From an uncultured Gammaproteobacteria bacterium (GTDB lineage Bacteria; Patescibacteriota; Patescibacteriia; UBA9570; XYC2-FULL-38-9): a stretch of 64,000 nt of DNA. Below, piece after piece: positions 58,599 to 64,000 of this stretch; position 1 is the first letter of the stretch, and every line of letters begins with the position of its first letter. Location of the stretch: the NCBI GenBank assembly GCA_964344485.1, contig CAYFNF010000001.1, positions 186,115 through 250,114 on the forward strand, written 5' to 3'. Made by a program: the position numbers and the translations under genes. Below the pieces are notes generated by a model. It worked only from the letters and a program-made list of their open reading frames with translations. It was not told the origin of the DNA and made no database searches.

Positions 58599-58674
58599 TC
58601 GGGTGTAGCTCAGTTGGTAGAGCGCCTGGCTGTTAACCAGGAGGTCGCAGGTTCGATCCCTGCTGCCCGAGCCA
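58599..58674 (+). tRNA. tRNA-Asn (anticodon GTT), CCA encoded
   Basis: D-arm GCTC-AGTTGGTA-GAGC. Anticodon arm CCTGG-CTGTTAA-CCAGG. T-arm GCAGG-TTCGATC-CCTGC. 3' GCCA. Confidence 0.85.
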
Positions 58675-58765
58675 TTAGTACAAGAAGTGCCTGCATGAAC
58701 ATGCGGCGCTTTTTCTTTTAAAGCCAGGTTTGTTATACTGATAGTGAGATTATTAATAGAAGCAT

Positions 58766-60439
58766 ATGAGAAAGTTCATAGTAGTATTTGCGCTTTTTAC
58801 GGCGCTCATTTTAATTCAACCCGTTTCTGCTGAAGAGGTGGTCATTCAAGATGCATCTGTGCATTCGAATATGGGTTTGTATGGCGGTCAGCCGGAGTCT
58901 ATTGCTCTGGAGTATGGTACTGACAATGCTTATGCCGCACTCATGGCACCGAGTGCAATTTTTTCTACTACCGGTAGCGGTACATGGGACGGATTGCCAT
59001 CAGATAGTAATTACGGGATAGGAAAAGTCGTGGCAGTAGATCAGGATACTGGTGATGCATACGCCTTGATTGGAAACAGTATGCTTAAAAGCACAGATAA
59101 CGGTACTACCTGGACAGACCAGAATCCAGAAACCGGTACTACTGACTATGATCATAGGATCGTTATTGGTCACGGTCGAATTTTAGTGGCGTTGAATGAC
59201 GGTAGCGTGTTAATCGGTGAAGGTATGGGAACGAGCTACACAACAGCTACTATTGAAACGAATGCGCATATATGGAGCTTAGCTGCATCTCCAATTACAG
59301 ATGTGTACTATGCAGTTACAGAAGACAACGAAGGAAACAGTTCATTGTATGTGAGTACTGATGGAGGGGCGAGTTGGTCTGATAAGGAGATGTATAGTAA
59401 TGGTGTTACAGCAGGCAATCAGCTGCATCATGTGGGAGTGGACCCACTGGACGGTCAACATATCGTGGTTGCATCTAGTGCCATTGGTCACTATGCGTTT
59501 CAGACGTTCAATAGCGGAACTACTTGGCAGCCTATCACCGTAGAAGGTTCAAACATCGGCGGTCGGTATGTTGCATGGGACGGTGCTGGTAAGATGTATA
59601 TGAGTGAGTACTATACAGATGACGCCTCAGCTGATCCGATTGTGTGGACATCCATGACAACCGAGTCACCGTTATCATCTATCGGTTATGACTTTTTAGT
59701 AGTTGATCGCGGTAGCCCTGAAACACTGTATGTGGGAACTGGCCTAGGAGTAGCAAAGAGTGAGGATCGAGGTGCGTCATGGACAGATATTGTTGATGGC
59801 ATCGAAGCAGTAAAAATATATGCATTTTCTCAAGCCGAGAATAAAGACATTGCTTGGATTGCAGCTAACGGTGGCGTTGGCCGAACCGTGAATTGTACTG
59901 CAGACGATCCGGACTGGGACTATCCAATCCTGCCAGTCCAAAATACCTCGAACTGGATGGGATTATGGGTAAAGCCAGAAGATCCTGATATAGTAGTTGC
60001 AGCGGCTGGAAGTACTTCTTTCTATAGAACAACAAACGGTACTGATACTACTCCAACTTGGACTCAAGGCATTACCCCCGAAATAGATGGAGGTCAGGTA
60101 AAGCAGATTATCGCAGATCCAAGTGATAACACACTGTACGCAGTTATACTCGATGCTGTTATTGCTGGCCCTGATGACGGTATGGTGTTGAAAAGCGAAG
60201 ATGAAGGCGCTACGTGGACAGATACGGGATTGACTGACAGTCTACCAGCTCAAACTATTACGTTGACTACTGACGGAATCCTCTTTGCTGGTATTGGTGG
60301 GGACGCTACAACACGCGGTGTGTATATGATGGGTACGGACGGAGTATGGGAGAAACCATCAACAGATTTAGATGAGTATGAGGTAACGAGCATTGTCGCT
60401 AGTCCTGATGACGCTGATACGTTGTATGCCACTGTATAA
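58766..60439 (+). CDS. Secreted BNR/Asp-box repeat (sialidase/sortilin-like beta-propeller) protein, N-terminal 557 codons
   Basis: Signal peptide MRKFIVVFALFTALILIQPVSA|EEV. Multiple S-x-D-x-G-x-[TS]-W repeats (STDGGASWSD, SEDRGASWTD, SEDEGATWTD). Ends at an in-frame TAA. Confidence 0.7.
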   Translation: MRKFIVVFALFTALILIQPVSAEEVVIQDASVHSNMGLYGGQPESIALEYGTDNAYAALMAPSAIFSTTGSGTWDGLPSDSNYGIGKVVAVDQDTGDAYALIGNSMLKSTDNGTTWTDQNPETGTTDYDHRIVIGHGRILVALNDGSVLIGEGMGTSYTTATIETNAHIWSLAASPITDVYYAVTEDNEGNSSLYVSTDGGASWSDKEMYSNGVTAGNQLHHVGVDPLDGQHIVVASSAIGHYAFQTFNSGTTWQPITVEGSNIGGRYVAWDGAGKMYMSEYYTDDASADPIVWTSMTTESPLSSIGYDFLVVDRGSPETLYVGTGLGVAKSEDRGASWTDIVDGIEAVKIYAFSQAENKDIAWIAANGGVGRTVNCTADDPDWDYPILPVQNTSNWMGLWVKPEDPDIVVAAAGSTSFYRTTNGTDTTPTWTQGITPEIDGGQVKQIIADPSDNTLYAVILDAVIAGPDDGMVLKSEDEGATWTDTGLTDSLPAQTITLTTDGILFAGIGGDATTRGVYMMGTDGVWEKPSTDLDEYEVTSIVASPDDADTLYATV

Positions 60440-61069
60440 GGCACCACATCCGGTGGTCTGTATATCACTACGGATCTTGGCACTACTTGGACTCAAGTGA
60501 CGGAAGGTTTGGATGATGCGATGAATTACCATAAGTTAGCAGTACAAACATCTACTGATCCTATTACAATGTATTTAGCTGTTCAGCTAAGTGATATCAA
60601 CGGTGGGATCTATAAATCAAATGATGCTGGTGCATCTTGGAACTTACTTCACACCGGATTAATGCAAGAGACCTTTTACACCTTATTTTTTGATGGTTTA
60701 ATGGCAGGCAATGATCGCGGATTGTTTGAAATTAAATCACGGCCATCACTTTCTATAAAAACAAATAAAAAGAAAGTGAGTAAGGGAAAGAAGGTGCGAG
60801 TAACATTTACTCTGAAAGACAAGGTGACGAAAAAGAAATTAAAAAAGAAGAAGATCAAGATCTACCGTAAAGTAGGCACAAAGAAGTGGAAATTATATAA
60901 AAACCTCAAGACCACTAAAAAGGGCAAAAAGGTGATGAAAGCAAAGATAAATAAGGCTACGCGGTTTAGGGCCAAGTGGAATCCAAAAGGTCAATTCGCT
61001 GAAGAGTATACTACTGTTACTTCTAAGATTAAACGCGTGAAGCTGAAGAAGAAAAAAAAGAAGAAGTAG
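60440..61069 (+). pseudogene. In-frame continuation of the BNR-repeat gene after a single TAA (C-terminal BNR repeats plus Lys-rich tail)
   Basis: Same frame as 58766..60439. A BNR repeat resumes immediately (TTDLGTTWTQV). No SD for an independent start. Confidence 0.45.
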
Positions 61070-61079
61070 TTACTAGGAA

Positions 61080-61107
61080 AGGCCCGCGTTGAAGCGGGCT
61101 TTTTTTA
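61080..61107 (+). terminator. Rho-independent terminator
   Basis: Hairpin gcccgc-gttgaa-gcgggc followed by ttttttt. Confidence 0.65.
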
Positions 61108-61122
61108 ATTATGATATGATGG

Positions 61123-62322
61123 ATGCGTTGTATGGAAGCTACACGAAAGCAATTACGATCAAACATTTGGAAGTTTTATACGTTCACTTTTTTCCGAGCG
61201 TTTATCTTTGCGTATGTCACTGAACGCATTTTCCAACAAGCGCGTGGACTTTCCGTGACCGAGATGGTCTATCTGGATATCATCTTTTTTGTATTAGTAC
61301 TGCTGTTAGAAGTTCCGTCCGGAGCGCTCGCTGACCGTTGGAGTAGAAAGAAGATATTAATGATCGGTGTGGTATTTGTTGCTTTAGAGTTCTTTATTCC
61401 GATTTTTGCATTTAACTTCTGGATCTTTGCGCTTGCATCAGTTGCAGCTGCAATTGGAGTGGTCTTGCAGTCTGGAACCGCTAATGCATTCATGTACGAC
61501 ACGTTAAAATCTCTCAAGCAAGAGAAAACATTTGAAAAGTTTCTAGGAAAAGAGAAGTTCCTACGATACACTGCGAACGGTGTGGCGATTGTGCTCGGTG
61601 GATTTGTTGCTCATTATATCAGTTTGGAAGCTACATACTGGTTCTCGCTCATTGGCATGCCGCTCGCGCTGATCTTGGCTGCATCCATGACTGAACCAAA
61701 GATTCACACCACCACAGCAGAGGTCAGTTACTGGAAGCATATTGCAGACGCAGGCCAGTTTATCTGGGCGAATAAGAGTCTACGGTTTATTGTGTTGTAC
61801 GGTGTCATCACTGGAGCAGTGCTTGTTGAGATCGATGAGTACGTACAGTTGTTCTACCAAGCTGTTGGACTGCCTATTGTTTTTTTCGGCATTGTCTCTA
61901 CGACGTGGTTGTTGCTACAAGGAGTCGGTGGCTTTATAGCTGGCTATCTCAAGGAACGCATTAAGTTGAACGCATTGCTTCTATGGGTACTGATTCTCTC
62001 GATCCTCTTTTTATTCCTCGCAATTGTCATGAAGACACTGTTAAGTTTGATTCCGTTAGTGTTAGCTTTTTTCGTTATGGGCATTATGTCACCCTTGGTT
62101 TTTGGATATTTACATCATCAGACCGATTCAAAGCATCGAGCGACCGTGGATTCGTTTCATTCATTACTACTGAACGGCATCTCTATTGTTATCGGCCTTG
62201 GGTTTGCCTATTTTTCAGACCACATATCGATCTTCTGGGGGTATTCATTTCTTGGTGCGCTTCTGGTGGTGTATCTGGTTTACTACATCGCTGCGCAAGG
62301 CAAGCTACTACAAGAGAAATAA
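61123..62322 (+). CDS. MFS transporter
   Basis: About 12 TM helices. Loop motif ADRWSRKKILMIG. Confidence 0.8.
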   Translation: MRCMEATRKQLRSNIWKFYTFTFFRAFIFAYVTERIFQQARGLSVTEMVYLDIIFFVLVLLLEVPSGALADRWSRKKILMIGVVFVALEFFIPIFAFNFWIFALASVAAAIGVVLQSGTANAFMYDTLKSLKQEKTFEKFLGKEKFLRYTANGVAIVLGGFVAHYISLEATYWFSLIGMPLALILAASMTEPKIHTTTAEVSYWKHIADAGQFIWANKSLRFIVLYGVITGAVLVEIDEYVQLFYQAVGLPIVFFGIVSTTWLLLQGVGGFIAGYLKERIKLNALLLWVLILSILFLFLAIVMKTLLSLIPLVLAFFVMGIMSPLVFGYLHHQTDSKHRATVDSFHSLLLNGISIVIGLGFAYFSDHISIFWGYSFLGALLVVYLVYYIAAQGKLLQEK

Positions 62323-62347
62323 AAAACAGGGCCGTAGCCCTGTTTTG
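62321..62347. terminator. Bidirectional terminator
   Basis: Hairpin acagggc-cgta-gccctgt between an A-run and a T-run. Confidence 0.6.
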
Positions 62348-62356
62348 AGAAATATG

Positions 62357-62887
62357 CTATTCCTGTTTCTCTCCGACGGTTAGAGAGATTGTGACTCCTA
62401 GTTCTTCATCTTCTTCATCGAATTCAAATACGCCAACAACGAGTTCGCGTGTATCTTGTGTTGCGATGAGTGTGGTTGTTTTACCAGCGATATTTAGTGA
62501 AGAAGAGTTATCGACAGTCCAGCCTTCTTGCGGCACTTCTGTTTCGTAGTAGGTCTTAATAGTATCGTACGCGTCAGTAGATGTCATCGTCACGTAGTAG
62601 GTGTCGCCTTGCGTTGATGCAGCAACAATGGTTGCATCGTCATATACAGGCACGTCTGACGGAAAACCGTCTGGAAGGTCAATATCTTCTCCGACTTCGG
62701 TTTTAGTTCCTGTGGCTTCATCTACAAACGTGGTTTTATTCCCGTCCACATCAACGTCTACTTCACCGTTTGTCGCGCTTTCTACTGCTTGTTCTGTAGC
62801 AACTTCCGCTACTTTTTTAGTAGGAAAGCATCCGGCGAACGCGCCGACCATGAGCACAATGAGTGCAAAGTATAGTCCTTTTTTCAT
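62357..62887 (-). CDS. Lipoprotein (acidic, secreted)
   Basis: Signal peptide plus lipobox MKKGLYFALIVLMVGAFAGC. Confidence 0.6.
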   Translation of the reverse strand: MKKGLYFALIVLMVGAFAGCFPTKKVAEVATEQAVESATNGEVDVDVDGNKTTFVDEATGTKTEVGEDIDLPDGFPSDVPVYDDATIVAASTQGDTYYVTMTSTDAYDTIKTYYETEVPQEGWTVDNSSSLNIAGKTTTLIATQDTRELVVGVFEFDEEDEELGVTISLTVGEKQE

Positions 62888-63007
62888 ACTGAGTGGTTAC
62901 TTATTTTCTCTATTATAATTGATTCTGTTTTCATTGGCGAATATAGTTGTCAATTCCCCTCAATAAATGATATTCTACCTATATAATTATTGACCGAAAT
63001 ACGTTTT

Positions 63008-64000
63008 ATGGAACGAACATGGATTATTGACACCGTGGATAACGTAGACAACGAAGTGCGTCTGAATGGGTGGGTGCATGTACGTCGTGACATGGGTAAG
63101 TTGATATTTATTGATCTACGCGATAAGACCGGAATGGCGCAAGTTGTATTTCTTCCGAACCACAAAGAAGTACTTGAAGAAGCAAAGAAGTTGCGCCCAG
63201 AATTCGTCGTGGAGATCGTCGGCAAAGTGAATGCACGCCCAGAGAAGCAGGTGAATGCAGAGTCGCCGACCGGAACAGTTGAAATTGAAGCGTTAGAGTT
63301 AACAATATTGAATCAAGCAAAGACACCTCCGTTTGAGATTGAAAAAGACACCAGTAAAGTTGATGAGGATTTGCGTGCACAGTATCGGTACTTGGATCTG
63401 CGCACTGAGCGGATGAAACAGAATATTGAGTTGCGACATCAAGTGATCCATTACTTGCGGAATGCGTTCACAGACCAGGGATTCACAGAAGTGCAGACAC
63501 CGATTTTATCAAAGTCTACTCCTGAGGGCGCACGTGACTATCTCGTTCCTTCACGTATTCATCAAGGGAAGTTCTTTGCGCTACCACAGAGTCCACAGCA
63601 GTATAAGCAGTTGCTGATGGTTGCTGGGCTTGAGCGATATTTTCAGATTGCACCATGCTTTCGAGATGAGAATGCGCGCGCAGACCGATCCCCAGGTGAG
63701 TTCTATCAATTGGATGTGGAGATGTCGTTTGTGACACAAGATGATATTTTGCAGCTCATCGAAACCGTATTCACCGAAATGATACAAACCTTACTCCCAG
63801 AGAAGAAGATCACCGAGTCACCGTGGCCGCGACTAACCTATGAGCAAGCAATGAAGCAGCACAATGCTGATAAGTTTGATCTACGAAAAGACCCAAAGGA
63901 CAATAACGAGCTTGCATTTGCATGGGTTGTAGACTTTCCGTTGTTCATGGAGCAAACTGAAGAGGATTTCTTCCATGGAGCAGGACAACAGTGGGCACCG
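63008..64000 (+). CDS. aspS: Aspartyl-tRNA synthetase, N-terminal part (continues beyond the window)
   Basis: Open frame to the window end. LNGWVHVRRDMGKLIFIDLRD, QSPQQYKQLLMVAGLERYFQIAPCFRDE. Confidence 0.9.
   Translation, partial: MERTWIIDTVDNVDNEVRLNGWVHVRRDMGKLIFIDLRDKTGMAQVVFLPNHKEVLEEAKKLRPEFVVEIVGKVNARPEKQVNAESPTGTVEIEALELTILNQAKTPPFEIEKDTSKVDEDLRAQYRYLDLRTERMKQNIELRHQVIHYLRNAFTDQGFTEVQTPILSKSTPEGARDYLVPSRIHQGKFFALPQSPQQYKQLLMVAGLERYFQIAPCFRDENARADRSPGEFYQLDVEMSFVTQDDILQLIETVFTEMIQTLLPEKKITESPWPRLTYEQAMKQHNADKFDLRKDPKDNNELAFAWVVDFPLFMEQTEEDFFHGAGQQWAP

Noticed and set aside
60437-60439. Possibility that TAA is recoded (alternative genetic code)
   Set aside because: Dozens of highly conserved genes in the window (tuf, fusA, r-proteins) terminate at TAA at the expected position, so global TAA reassignment is excluded. 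A local nonsense mutation or sequencing error is more plausible.
1-64000. CRISPR arrays, integrases/transposases, toxin-antitoxin pairs, restriction-modification genes
   Set aside because: I looked for short regularly spaced direct repeats and for recombinase or nuclease signatures and found none. The high-GC cassettes lack any recognisable mobility gene within the window.

Overview
This is a low-GC (~40-45%) bacterial chromosome segment. Its core is a near-complete S10-spc ribosomal-protein cluster preceded by a str operon (rpsL-rpsG-fusA ... tuf). Across 26.1-38.8 kb the order is rpsJ-rplC-rplD-rplW-rplB-rpsS-rplV-rpsC-rplP-rpmC-rpsQ-rplN-rplX-rplE-rpsZ-rpsH-rplF-rplR-rpsE-rplO-secY-adk-map. 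L30 is absent, and several r-proteins carry Lys-rich extensions, a pattern reminiscent of CPR/Patescibacteria-like or other reduced genomes. Other housekeeping genes are nth, a peroxiredoxin, an Fe/Mn-SOD-like gene, rpmB, an M50 protease, ruvX, a MraY/WecA-family transferase, an ECF-type sigma factor, rplU, recR, ybaB, dnaB, a P-type ATPase, asnS, an MFS transporter and a partial aspS. There are three tRNAs: Gly-CCC, Lys-TTT and Asn-GTT.

The most striking pattern is five sharply bounded high-GC cassettes (~60-65% GC) sitting in intergenic positions of the low-GC backbone:
- 1.8-3.4 kb: an ATP-grasp enzyme between tandem GATase1 paralogs.
- 5.5-9.1 kb: four genes around tRNA-Gly. Two of them are preceded by a duplicated promoter+attenuator-like leader whose terminator stems co-vary.
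- 50.6-51.0 kb: a 71-aa ORF next to tRNA-Lys.
- 57.4-58.4 kb: an SDR oxidoreductase next to tRNA-Asn.

These look like repeated horizontal acquisitions from a high-GC donor.

Other notable features:
- The str operon is interrupted between fusA and tuf by an ATP-grasp-like gene plus a 986-aa transglutaminase-like/TPR gene.
- An ECF sigma factor is translationally coupled to a 1748-aa membrane-anchored alpha-2-macroglobulin-family protein.
- Three secreted repeat proteins share a signal peptide and a Lys-rich C-terminal tail.
- An FG-GAP protein is built from near-identical ~180-nt tandem DNA repeats.
- A BNR-repeat gene is interrupted by a single in-frame TAA.
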